28,789 nt of DNA from an uncultured Candidatus Saccharibacteria bacterium (lineage in GTDB: Bacteria; Patescibacteriota; Minisyncoccia; Minisyncoccales; RBG-13-42-11), in contig CAYYRI010000001.1 of the NCBI GenBank assembly GCA_964474185.1, forward strand, positions 1 through 28,789, read 5' to 3'. Within the stretch, counting starts at the first letter, position 1; each line of letters begins with the position of its first letter. Position numbers and translations under genes: made by a program. The notes under the pieces are model-generated. The model worked only from the letters and a program-made list of their open reading frames with translations. It was not told the DNA's origin and ran no database searches. Positions 13,690 to 21,468 of this stretch are shown here, in pieces.

Positions 13690-15668
13690 TTTTTATTCCA
13701 ATCATCGCTTCAATAGTTTCTTTAATTTTTGCTTATTTTTTAATTCAGGAAGTGAACAAATCTTCGGCGGGAACGGGGAAAATGATTGAGATAGCCCAGG
13801 CCATAAAAGAGGGAGCCGTGGCTTTTCTAAAAAGACAATACAGAACCATCGGCATCGTGGCCGTAATTTTATTTTTTATTCTTTTTGCAACCTTGGGGAT
13901 AAAATCCGCCTTAGGTTTTTTAATCGGAGCCCTGGCTTCCGCCCTTTCCGGTTTTATCGGAATGATGGTTTCGACTAAAGCCAATGTCAGGGTGGCGGAA
14001 ATTGCGAAACTTGGGTTAAAACGGGCTCTTAATTTGTCTTTTAAGGGAGGTTCCGTAACCGGATTTTTAGTGGTAGGGTTGGGACTCTTTTCGGTTTCCG
14101 TGTTTTATCTTTTAACCCAGGATTTGAAAGCTTTAATTGCTTTGGGTTTCGGAGGCAGTTTAATTTCAGTTTTCGCGAGACTGGGCGGGGGAATTTACAC
14201 TAAGGCCGCCGATGTCGGGGCCGACTTGGTCGGCAAAGTAGAAAAAGGAATTCCCGAAGACGACCCGAGGAATCCGGCGGTCATCGCCGACCAAGTCGGA
14301 GACAACGTCGGTGATTGCGCCGGCATGGCAGCCGATCTTTTCGAGACTTACGTAGTAACGATAATAGCGGCAATGGTTTTGGGAGGACTTATTTTTCCCA
14401 ATTTGCCCGAAGCCATATTTTTGCCCTTAATTTTAGGTTCGATCGGCATTTTAGCTTCGATTATTTCAACTTTTTTCGTCAGGCTTCCGAAAAATCAATC
14501 GGTTATTTCCGCTCTTTACAAAGGGCTTTTGGGAGCCGGAATTTTATCGGCCATCGGGTTTTTGCCCGTGATTTTGCAAGTGAGCAAGGATTTCAAAATG
14601 TCGCCCCTGAGTCTTTATTTACCGGCGCTAATCGGTCTTTTGATTGCCGCCGGCATGTTTTTAATTACGGAATTTTTTACTTCCAAAAAATACTCTCCGG
14701 TTCAATCCATTGCGAAGGCTTCCCAGTCGGGCCACGGCACCAACATAATTGCCGGTTTGGCCGTTGGGATGAAATCGACAATCCTGCCGGTTATTTTAAT
14801 TTCAGCGGGAATTTTAATCAGCTTTTCTAGCGGAGGATTGTACGGTTTGGCGCTTTCGGCTTTGGCGATGCTTTCTTTAAGCGGCCTGATCATCGCGTTG
14901 GATTCTTACGGTCCTATAACCGACAATGCCGCCGGTATTTCTGAGATGGCGGGCCTTCCGGAAGAAACAAGGGCCATAACCGATGCTTTGGATTCCATCG
15001 GCAATACGACTAAGGCGGTGACCAAAGGCTACGCGATAGCTTCGGCGGGATTGGCCGCCCTGGTTTTATTTTCCGCTTTTAATCAGGAGTTGTCGGATTA
15101 CGGCGCAAAAGTAAAATTTATGCTGGACGATCCGAGGCTTCTAGTCGGGCTTTTTGCCGGCGGAGTCGTCGCTTATTATTTCGTGGCCCTGGCCATGGAA
15201 TCGGTAGGGAAAGCCGCGGGAAAGGTGGTTGAAGAAGTGAGGAGACAATTTAAGGAAATTCCGGGGCTTATGGCTGGTTTGGCCAAACCGGATTATTCCA
15301 AATGCGTTGATATTGTAACGAAATCCGCTTTAAGGGAAATGATAGTCCCCGCCTTATTGCCGGTTGTTTTTCCGATTTTAATCGGCAAAATCTTGGGGCC
15401 GGAAGCTTTGGGCGGTCTTTTAATAGGTTCAATCATCGTGGGAATATTCTTAGCCATACAAATGACTTCCGGGGGAGCCGCTTGGGATAATGCAAAAAAA
15501 TATATTGAAGAAGGAAACTTGGGAGGCAAGGGTTCTTTCGCCCATCAGTCAGCCGTTACCGGCGACACAGTGGGAGACCCTTATAAAGATACGGCAGGGC
15601 CCGCCATAAACCCCATGATAAAAATACTCAACATCGTAGCTCTTCTGATAGTTTCTTTCCTGGTGTAA
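13686..15668 (+). CDS. hppA: Membrane-bound proton-translocating pyrophosphatase
   Basis: 660 aa, polytopic. Signatures [30 protein letters not shown] and [18 protein letters not shown]. The GNTTKA motif (Lys) is the variant associated with K+-independent enzymes. Its start overlaps the nusA stop (ATGA). Confidence 0.95.
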   Translation: MIFIPIIASIVSLIFAYFLIQEVNKSSAGTGKMIEIAQAIKEGAVAFLKRQYRTIGIVAVILFFILFATLGIKSALGFLIGALASALSGFIGMMVSTKANVRVAEIAKLGLKRALNLSFKGGSVTGFLVVGLGLFSVSVFYLLTQDLKALIALGFGGSLISVFARLGGGIYTKAADVGADLVGKVEKGIPEDDPRNPAVIADQVGDNVGDCAGMAADLFETYVVTIIAAMVLGGLIFPNLPEAIFLPLILGSIGILASIISTFFVRLPKNQSVISALYKGLLGAGILSAIGFLPVILQVSKDFKMSPLSLYLPALIGLLIAAGMFLITEFFTSKKYSPVQSIAKASQSGHGTNIIAGLAVGMKSTILPVILISAGILISFSSGGLYGLALSALAMLSLSGLIIALDSYGPITDNAAGISEMAGLPEETRAITDALDSIGNTTKAVTKGYAIASAGLAALVLFSAFNQELSDYGAKVKFMLDDPRLLVGLFAGGVVAYYFVALAMESVGKAAGKVVEEVRRQFKEIPGLMAGLAKPDYSKCVDIVTKSALREMIVPALLPVVFPILIGKILGPEALGGLLIGSIIVGIFLAIQMTSGGAAWDNAKKYIEEGNLGGKGSFAHQSAVTGDTVGDPYKDTAGPAINPMIKILNIVALLIVSFLV

Positions 15669-15813
15669 TCAAAATTTCGCCCACAAAACGATCGTGACAT
15701 TCGGGCTTGGCCACATCGTGAAAAAACCGAGTATCTGTTCCCAGGACATATTTCACCTCCTCTCAAAAGAACAATGATTTATTTTTGTACGGTTTCGCCG
15801 GAAAAGTCAAAAT

Positions 15814-15841
15814 TTGATTTTCAGAAAATTTGATATATAAT
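15814..15841 (+). promoter_or_regulatory. Candidate clpP promoter giving a leaderless or near-leaderless mRNA
   Basis: TTGATT (15814-15819), 16-nt spacer, TATAAT (15836-15841). The clpP ATG (15848) begins 7 nt after the -10 box. Confidence 0.5.
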
Positions 15842-15847
15842 TATTCT

Positions 15848-16432
15848 ATGAACTTGATTCCGACGGTTATAGAAAAATCGCAATATGGAGAAAGGGCATA
15901 TGATATTTATTCTCGTCTTTTGAAAGACAGGATTATATTTTTGGCCGGTCCCATCACGGACATTGTGGCAAACTCGATCATTGCCCAGATGCTTTTTTTG
16001 GCGTCGAAAGACCCGAATAAAGGCATCCAGATTTACATTAATACTCCGGGCGGGTCGGTTACGGCGGGCATGGCGATTTATGATACGATGCAGTATGTAA
16101 AACCGGACATTTCCACGGTTTGCATAGGTCTTGCGGCCTCTATGGGCGCTACTTTGCTGGCGGCGGGAAAGGAAGGAAAACGTTTTGCCCTGCCCAACTC
16201 CCAGATTTTGCTCCATCAGGTAGCCGGGGGCGTGACGGGAGCCGCGGTAGAAATCGAAATCACGGCGAAACAGATTGTTAAGATAAAAGAAAAATTAAAC
16301 AAGATTTTAGCCAAACATACCGGCCAGCCTTTGGAAAAAATTGAGAGAGATACCGACAGAGATTTCTATCTTTCCGCCGAAGAAGCGAAAGAGTACGGAC
16401 TAATCGACGTGGTGATTAAGCCGAAATCTTGA
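15848..16432 (+). CDS. clpP: ATP-dependent Clp protease proteolytic subunit
   Basis: [32 protein letters not shown] is a canonical ClpP N-terminus. Catalytic Ser in GLAASMGA and His in LLHQ. The ORF-track start at 15830 is a TTG inside the promoter, so it was not used. Confidence 0.95.
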   Translation: MNLIPTVIEKSQYGERAYDIYSRLLKDRIIFLAGPITDIVANSIIAQMLFLASKDPNKGIQIYINTPGGSVTAGMAIYDTMQYVKPDISTVCIGLAASMGATLLAAGKEGKRFALPNSQILLHQVAGGVTGAAVEIEITAKQIVKIKEKLNKILAKHTGQPLEKIERDTDRDFYLSAEEAKEYGLIDVVIKPKS

Positions 16433-16435
16433 TAA

Positions 16436-17470
16436 ATGAAAAAGTTTTGGAATTCAAAAAAGTTTTGGCTGATTTTTGCCCTAATTGGAATAGGGCTTTT
16501 TATTTGGTTTTTCTGGCCTTCCGCCAAAATTCGATGGGGAGTTCCCGAAGAAATTAAAAATTCCGCCGGAACTCAGACAGAAATTAACAAATCGGTTTCT
16601 TCCGTCTATCGATACGATTTCCAAAAACAAGAGTATCTTTCCGACGAAGGACAAAGCTGGCAAAACTCGGACCTTGTTCGTTTTATTTACGATTTGGCTC
16701 CCGCAGGTTCAACATTAGAAAAATGTTATTATTTTCTTTATGACAATTTGAAAAAAGAAATGACGGGAGGGGGCCAGAGAAAATGCAATTCAAATCTGAC
16801 AATTACGGTCGGAGAAAATAAAAATTGCTCCTCGCAGAGCGAAAACGCCTGCACTTTATACGCATATGCGGTGGATAATTCAGGAATTCAGGGCGAGATG
16901 GCAACGGTCACTTATCACATTGATTGGGAATCTCCCAAAGTAGGAAAAGTTTCCAAGCAGGATGGCATCTTCCGGGCCGAAGTTTCGGATAATATTAAAG
17001 TGGGATATTGCTGGCTTTATCTTAATAATAAAAATGTGGGGTCAATGAAAATAGAAAATAGTTTGACTGTTTTAGAATATCTTGTCTCCGATAAAGAATC
17101 CTATGCCGCTTTTATAAGATGCGCCGACCAATATGATTCGGGAAGAGCGGGATATCTTAACTTAGCTTTCGGAGAGTCAGCCGAGTTTATGATTCCGGTA
17201 AACCATCCTCCCCAGATTTCTTTCTGCAGGGTTTCTCCTACTCAAGGGGGTATCCAGACTGATTTTCAATTCAGCGCGGCGGTCTCGGATTCTGACGGAG
17301 ACAGTCTTTCTTATAATTGGGATTTTGGAGACGGGAAAAGCTCCGACGAAGAAAATCCCATTCATCAATATTTTTCTCCCGGAACTTACACGCCAAAAAT
17401 CACTGTTTCCGACGGAAAAGGAGAAGAGGTTAGCTGCTCCACCGCTTGGGCGGTTGTCTCTAAAGAATAA
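16436..17470 (+). CDS. Membrane-anchored/secreted protein with C-terminal PKD domain
   Basis: N-terminal TM helix (FWLIFALIGIGLFIWFFW). The C-terminus FSAAVSDSDGDSLSYNWDFGDGKSSDEENPIHQYFSPGTYTPKITVSDGKG is a typical PKD repeat. Confidence 0.8.
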   Translation: MKKFWNSKKFWLIFALIGIGLFIWFFWPSAKIRWGVPEEIKNSAGTQTEINKSVSSVYRYDFQKQEYLSDEGQSWQNSDLVRFIYDLAPAGSTLEKCYYFLYDNLKKEMTGGGQRKCNSNLTITVGENKNCSSQSENACTLYAYAVDNSGIQGEMATVTYHIDWESPKVGKVSKQDGIFRAEVSDNIKVGYCWLYLNNKNVGSMKIENSLTVLEYLVSDKESYAAFIRCADQYDSGRAGYLNLAFGESAEFMIPVNHPPQISFCRVSPTQGGIQTDFQFSAAVSDSDGDSLSYNWDFGDGKSSDEENPIHQYFSPGTYTPKITVSDGKGEEVSCSTAWAVVSKE

Positions 17471-17489
17471 CTTGTGATATTATTAATTA

Positions 17490-18152
17490 ATGGTTAAAAA
17501 ATTTTTAAAGATTTCTCTATTTGCCGGAATTTTGGGTTTTTTCATTTTTGGAGCAGGTTTTTCTTTTGCCGTAAGTGCGCCGACCGGTCTGACTCCCTGC
17601 GGCGGAGAGCAGCCCTTAGCTGTTATGCTTGATTGGGACGATGCGGCAGTCCATCATTATGAATTGTATTACAAGAAAACGGATGAAACCAACTGGCAAG
17701 ACAGGTATCCTTCGATATCTCAATATCAGGTAACGGGTTTGTCGCCCGGCCAGAATTACGAATGGTATGTGGTAAGCTGCGGCAATGCCGAATGCAGCGA
17801 CAAGGCCCAGAGCGGAGCCTGTTCTTTTATCACTCAGCAATTGGCTCCTCCGCCCGGCGATGGCAACGGCGGCAACGGCGGCGATAACAGTCCCGTAGAT
17901 TTGACTAATCCCTTGCAAGCCAAAACTTTACAGGAAGCGATTGACGCTTTTGTTAAATTCCTTTTTTATCTTGCGATGGCAGTGGCTCCGATTTTAATAG
18001 TTTACGCGGGTTTCTTGATTCTTACGGCCGGCGGCGACGCGACAAAAATAAAAAAAGCAAGACAAATAATTTTGTGGACCTTGATAGCGGTGGCTATCAT
18101 TCTATTTGCTAAAGGTTTTCCCGCTCTGATAAAAGGGGCTTTGGGAGGATAG
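17490..18152 (+). CDS. Signal peptide + FN3-like domain + Gly/Asn linker + VirB2/TrbC-like pilin-like C-terminal domain
   Basis: FN3-like segment: APTGLTP...YELYYKKTDETNWQDRY...YQVTGLSPGQNYEWYVV. C-terminal two-helix hydrophobic module: FLFYLAMAVAPILIVYAGFLILTAGGDATKIKKARQIILWTLIAVAIILFA, like the 5900-6385 protein. Confidence 0.65.
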   Translation: MVKKFLKISLFAGILGFFIFGAGFSFAVSAPTGLTPCGGEQPLAVMLDWDDAAVHHYELYYKKTDETNWQDRYPSISQYQVTGLSPGQNYEWYVVSCGNAECSDKAQSGACSFITQQLAPPPGDGNGGNGGDNSPVDLTNPLQAKTLQEAIDAFVKFLFYLAMAVAPILIVYAGFLILTAGGDATKIKKARQIILWTLIAVAIILFAKGFPALIKGALGG

Positions 18153-18190
18153 TTTCTAAAATTTCTAATTTCTAAATCCTAATTTCTAAA
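18152..18190. repeat. Short tandem heptamer array (TAATTTC-type units)
   Basis: GTTTCTAAAATTTCTAATTTCTAAATCCTAATTTCTAAA lies immediately after the stop codon. Related units occur at 8345-8372 (opposite orientation) and 19997-20015. Confidence 0.6.
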
Positions 18191-18212
18191 CTACCCGTCC
18201 CTGAGGGCGATA

Positions 18213-18265
18213 GTCGAAGAGAACCTAGTTCTCTTCTTTTGCCTCGCTTTGCTCGGCGTTTGACG
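18213..18265 (+). repeat. Diverged intergenic copy of the GTCGAAGAG-hairpin repeat family
   Basis: GTCGAAGAGAACCTAGTTCTCTTCTTTTGCCTCGCTTTGCTCGGCG contains the hairpin GAAGAGAAC/GTTCTCTTC. It is preceded by CCCTGAGGGCGATAGTCGAAG, the reverse complement of the module at 5744-5765. Confidence 0.55.
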
Positions 18266-18320
18266 TTTTTTAAAAATTTTGCTAAAATGTAATTGTCCTT
18301 ATGATTAACCAATTTACGAA

Positions 18321-18454
18321 CCCCGTTAGAAGTTTGTCTTTACGCGATAAAGATAGCCAATTTCAGACGATCCTATTAAATTTCATTGATAGGTTTGTTT
18401 GTTCAGCGCAGAAAAATTTTATTGAAATTTTTCTGTCCAAGACTTCTAACGGGG
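18321..18454 (+). repeat. About 134-nt element with perfect 13-bp terminal inverted repeats, copy B (family shared with 1493-1622)
   Basis: CCCCGTTAGAAGT (18321-18333) pairs with ACTTCTAACGGGG (18442-18454). Internal features are AATTTCAGAC and the hairpin CAGAAAAATTTTATTGAAATTTTTCTG. It ends 12 nt before the rny ATG. Confidence 0.75.
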
Positions 18455-18466
18455 CAAGCTTAAACC

Positions 18467-19996
18467 ATGAATCAAATTATCCTACTAATAATAGGCATTA
18501 TTGTATTGGCGGCGGGATCATTTTTGGGTTACTACGCCAGGCAATCGATTGCCCAAAAACAAGCCGGAACCTTAGAGGCCAAACTTCAGAAAAAAGTCTT
18601 AAAAGCGAAACAGGATTCTGACGTAATCCTGGCCGAAGCCAAACAAAAAGCTCAAGAATTTTTAGAATCAACTAAGAGGGCGGTAGAAAACAGGCGCGAA
18701 GAGGTTTACAAAACCGAGCAGCTTTTGCTGAGGAGAGAAAACATTTTAGACCAGAAACTTTCCAATTTTGAAAGAACTCAGAGAGAATTCGAGGCCAAAG
18801 TGGAAAGATTAAGGGCGATAAAGGAAAGTCTGGAAGGTTTAAGGCAGGAAGCCATAACAAATTTAGAAAAGATTGCCAAACTTCCGCGGGAAGAAGCAAA
18901 AAAAGAACTTCTTCTGAACCTGGAGAAAGAATATCAACAGGAGATTTTAGAAAAACTCAGGGGACTGGAAAAAGAAGGGTGGGAAAAATACGAAAACAGG
19001 GCCAAAGAGTTGCTGGCAACGGCTATCCAAAAATTCGGTTTGAGCCAGGCCCAGGAAATCACAACCACCTCTTTGAATTTGCCCTCGGAAGACATTAAAG
19101 GCAAGATAATCGGAAAAGAGGGAAGAAACATCAGAACCTTGGAAAAATTAACCGGAGTGGAAATAATCGTAGACGAGACTCCGGAATCGGTAGTCATTTC
19201 CGGGTTTGATCCCGTCCGCCGGCAAATTGCGAAAGTCGCTCTTGAAAAATTAATCCAGGACGGAAGAATACAGCCCGCCAGAATCGAGGAACAAGTTCAA
19301 ATAGCCGAAAAAGAAATAGTGAAACAAATCAAGGATGCGGGAGAGACGGCAGTTTACGACGTGGGGCTTATCGGCCTTGAACCCAAATTGGTTCAGTTGT
19401 TGGGAAGATTGAAATTCAGAACGAGTTTCGGCCAAAACGTTTTGCTCCATTCGATTGAAGTGGCTCATCTGGCTTCAGCTTTGGCCTCGGAAATCGGGGC
19501 GGATCCTTTAATCTGTAAAAAAGCAGGCCTTCTCCATGATATCGGCAAAGCGGTTGATCACCAGGTTGAGGGTTCTCATGTCGATATTGGAATCAAGATT
19601 TTGGAGAAATTCGGAGTGGAAAAAGAAGTGATATCCGCCATGAAATCGCATCATGAGGAATATCCGGCCGAAACCATTGAGGCGACCTTGGTGCAGACGG
19701 CGGATCAAATTTCGGGAGCCAGGCCCGGAGCGAGAAAAGACACTCTGGAAAATTATCTGAAAAGGCTGGGAGAATTGGAGAGCATCGCTTTGCGATTCCC
19801 GGGAGTGGAAAAGGCCTGGGCTTTGCAGGCAGGCAGGGAAATAAGGGTTTTTGTAAAACCCGAGACGATTGACGACTTATCGGCCAGAAATTTAGCCAAA
19901 TCCATTGCTAACAGTATTCAGGAAGAATTGAAATACCCGGGAGAAATCAAGGTTAACGTGATCAGGGAATTAAGGGTGACGGAATACGCTAAGTAA
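18467..19996 (+). CDS. rny: Ribonuclease Y
   Basis: 509 aa. N-terminal TM helix, long coiled coil, KH (KGKIIGKEGRNIRTLEKLTGVEIIVDE) and HD domain (LLHDIGKAVDH), and a C-terminus typical of RNase Y. Confidence 0.95.
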   Translation: MNQIILLIIGIIVLAAGSFLGYYARQSIAQKQAGTLEAKLQKKVLKAKQDSDVILAEAKQKAQEFLESTKRAVENRREEVYKTEQLLLRRENILDQKLSNFERTQREFEAKVERLRAIKESLEGLRQEAITNLEKIAKLPREEAKKELLLNLEKEYQQEILEKLRGLEKEGWEKYENRAKELLATAIQKFGLSQAQEITTTSLNLPSEDIKGKIIGKEGRNIRTLEKLTGVEIIVDETPESVVISGFDPVRRQIAKVALEKLIQDGRIQPARIEEQVQIAEKEIVKQIKDAGETAVYDVGLIGLEPKLVQLLGRLKFRTSFGQNVLLHSIEVAHLASALASEIGADPLICKKAGLLHDIGKAVDHQVEGSHVDIGIKILEKFGVEKEVISAMKSHHEEYPAETIEATLVQTADQISGARPGARKDTLENYLKRLGELESIALRFPGVEKAWALQAGREIRVFVKPETIDDLSARNLAKSIANSIQEELKYPGEIKVNVIRELRVTEYAK

Positions 19997-20026
19997 AAAT
20001 TTCTAATTACTAATGTTTAATCGAAA

Positions 20027-20052
20027 CCCCGCCAGAATATATTCTGGCGGGG
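20027..20052. terminator. Bidirectional rho-independent terminator between convergent rny and the tRNA operon
   Basis: Perfect palindrome CCCCGCCAGAATATATTCTGGCGGGG, flanked by T-rich tracts on both strands. Confidence 0.8.
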
Positions 20053-20059
20053 TTTGCGT

Positions 20060-20133
20060 TGGAGCGGGATATGGGAATCGAACCCATCTTTTCACCTTGG
20101 AAGGGTGACGTTGAGCCGCTCAACTAATCCCGC
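20060..20133 (-). tRNA. tRNA-Gly (anticodon UCC), CCA encoded
   Basis: Acceptor GCGGGAT/ATCCCGC, D arm GTTG-AGCGGCT-CAAC, anticodon stem TCACC/GGTGA with loop CT-TCC-AA, T arm ATGGG-TTCGATT-CCCAT, discriminator U followed by CCA. Confidence 0.92.
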
Positions 20134-20134
20134 A

Positions 20135-20354
20135 TCGGGGCACTGGGATTCGAACCCAGACTAAATCCTCCCACCCCAGTACTAAAAATTAACTTTCGGG
20201 GTATCCAGATTTGAACTGGAACTAAATCCTCCCAAAGGACTCGTGCTACCATTACACCATACCCCGTTAATTTTAGTACGGGGCAAGAAGGACTCGCCTG
20301 CCCCGTAGTGAGCTTCGCTCTACTACCGGGGTGCTACCGTTGCACTATGCCCCG
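20135..20354 (-). other. Interrupted (split, intron-containing or decayed) tRNA-Pro-like gene enclosing tRNA-Pro(UGG)
   Basis: The 5' part (20354-20331) is CGGGGCA-TA-GTGC-AACGGTA-GCAC. The 3' part (20172-20135) is GGGA-GGATT-TAGT-CTGGG-TTCGAAT-CCCAG-TGCCCCG-A. The acceptor strands are perfectly complementary. See the first finding for details. Confidence 0.55.
20196..20266 (-). tRNA. tRNA-Pro (anticodon UGG)
   Basis: 71 nt. Acceptor CGGGGTA/TACCCCG, D arm GTGT-AATGGTA-GCAC, anticodon stem AGTCC/GGATT with loop TT-TGG-GA, T arm TCCAG-TTCAAAT-CTGGA, discriminator A. CCA is not encoded. Confidence 0.9.
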
Positions 20355-20363
20355 TTCGCGCTT

Positions 20364-20392
20364 ATTTTAATAAAAATTACACTTTTGGTCAA
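20364..20392 (-). promoter_or_regulatory. Candidate promoter of the minus-strand tRNA operon
   Basis: Minus strand reads TTGACC (20392-20387), 17-nt spacer, TAAAAT (20369-20364). The 5' end of the outer tRNA-Pro-like gene (20354) lies 10 nt downstream. Confidence 0.5.
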
Positions 20393-20400
20393 TATTTTAA

Positions 20401-20452
20401 GCGAAGAGGATAAATCCTCTTCTTTACCTTTCGTTGCGGCTCGGGTGTATGA
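20401..20452 (+). repeat. Intergenic copy of the GTCGAAGAG-hairpin repeat family
   Basis: GCGAAGAGGATAAATCCTCTTCTTTACCTTTCGTTGCGGCTCGGGTGTATGA is near-identical to the coding copy at 10021-10075. Confidence 0.75.
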
Positions 20453-20507
20453 TATACTAAATCAATGAATTCCATTCATTTCATTTCTCACTAATGTTCA
20501 AAAATCA

Positions 20508-21458
20508 ATGAATCTTAAAGGATTTTGCGAACAATTGAATGTTTCCTCCCAATGTCGGAAATACGGTTTGTCTCTCTGGCAGTGTCCTCAGTTTCTTTTT
20601 TTAGTGATGGGATTGATTATCATTGGTTCCAGCCTGACCGTCTATGCCATCGGAAACAGATTTATTGAAGACCCTACATTGGTGGCCTTGCTCGTGCTTT
20701 TTATTTCCGCCATTTTGTTTGTTGTCGCCACTATTATTACCCGGAGTTTCGAAAGACTGGCGGAAGCCAGCCGCATGAAATCGGAATTCGTCAGCGTTGT
20801 TTCCCATCAGCTTCGTTCCCCTCTTTCCAATTTAAAATGGGTTATTGAATTTTTGATGTCGGGGAGGGTCGGTTCGGTCACCGAGAAACAGTTGGAATAT
20901 TTCAAAATATTAAAGGAAAACGGCGACAGGATGACAGAATTGGTTTCGGATTTGCTGATCGTTTCCCGAATCGAACAGGGAAGATTGCCGCTGAAAAAAG
21001 AAAAAATCTCCCTGGATGATCTGGTCGGAGAAGTAATCAGAGAGATGGAAATTTTCGCCCGGGCCTCAAACGTAGAAATAGATTCAAAATCGGAAAAAAA
21101 TCTGCCCCCAATTGTTACCGACTATTTCCAATTGAAATTGGTGATTGTGAATCTTTTGGACAACGCCATCCGCTACGTCAAAGGAAAAGGAAGGGTGGAA
21201 ATAATATTGGAAAAAAAGAATAAAAATTTGCATTTTGAAGTTAAGGACAACGGAGTCGGCATCCCCCAGGATGATAAAAAATATATTTTTCAGAAGTTTT
21301 TCCGGTCGGGGAACGTTCTGCGGCATCAAACCAAAGGCTCGGGATTGGGTTTGTATATCGCCAAATCAATTGTCGAAAAATTAGGAGGGAAAATCGGATT
21401 TTCAAGCCGGGAAAGCGTTGGGTCGACTTTCTGGTTTAATCTGCCAGTTAAACAATAA
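20508..21458 (+). CDS. Sensor histidine kinase (HisKA + HATPase_c)
   Basis: Two TM segments, H-box SEFVSVVSHQLRSPLS, N-box LLDNAIRY, G-boxes DNGVGI and GSGLGLYIAKSIVE. Confidence 0.9.
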   Translation: MNLKGFCEQLNVSSQCRKYGLSLWQCPQFLFLVMGLIIIGSSLTVYAIGNRFIEDPTLVALLVLFISAILFVVATIITRSFERLAEASRMKSEFVSVVSHQLRSPLSNLKWVIEFLMSGRVGSVTEKQLEYFKILKENGDRMTELVSDLLIVSRIEQGRLPLKKEKISLDDLVGEVIREMEIFARASNVEIDSKSEKNLPPIVTDYFQLKLVIVNLLDNAIRYVKGKGRVEIILEKKNKNLHFEVKDNGVGIPQDDKKYIFQKFFRSGNVLRHQTKGSGLGLYIAKSIVEKLGGKIGFSSRESVGSTFWFNLPVKQ

Positions 21459-21468
21459 GAAATTATAT

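Noticed and set aside
18301-18621. 106-aa ORF upstream of and overlapping rny
   Set aside because: It reads through the TIR element (18321-18454) and then out of frame into rny.
20173-20286. Group I (self-splicing) intron in the anticodon loop of the outer tRNA-Pro-like gene
   Set aside because: The 114-nt intervening segment is too short for a group I core and is almost fully accounted for by one helix plus a complete tRNA. I could also not draw a clean bulge-helix-bulge motif.
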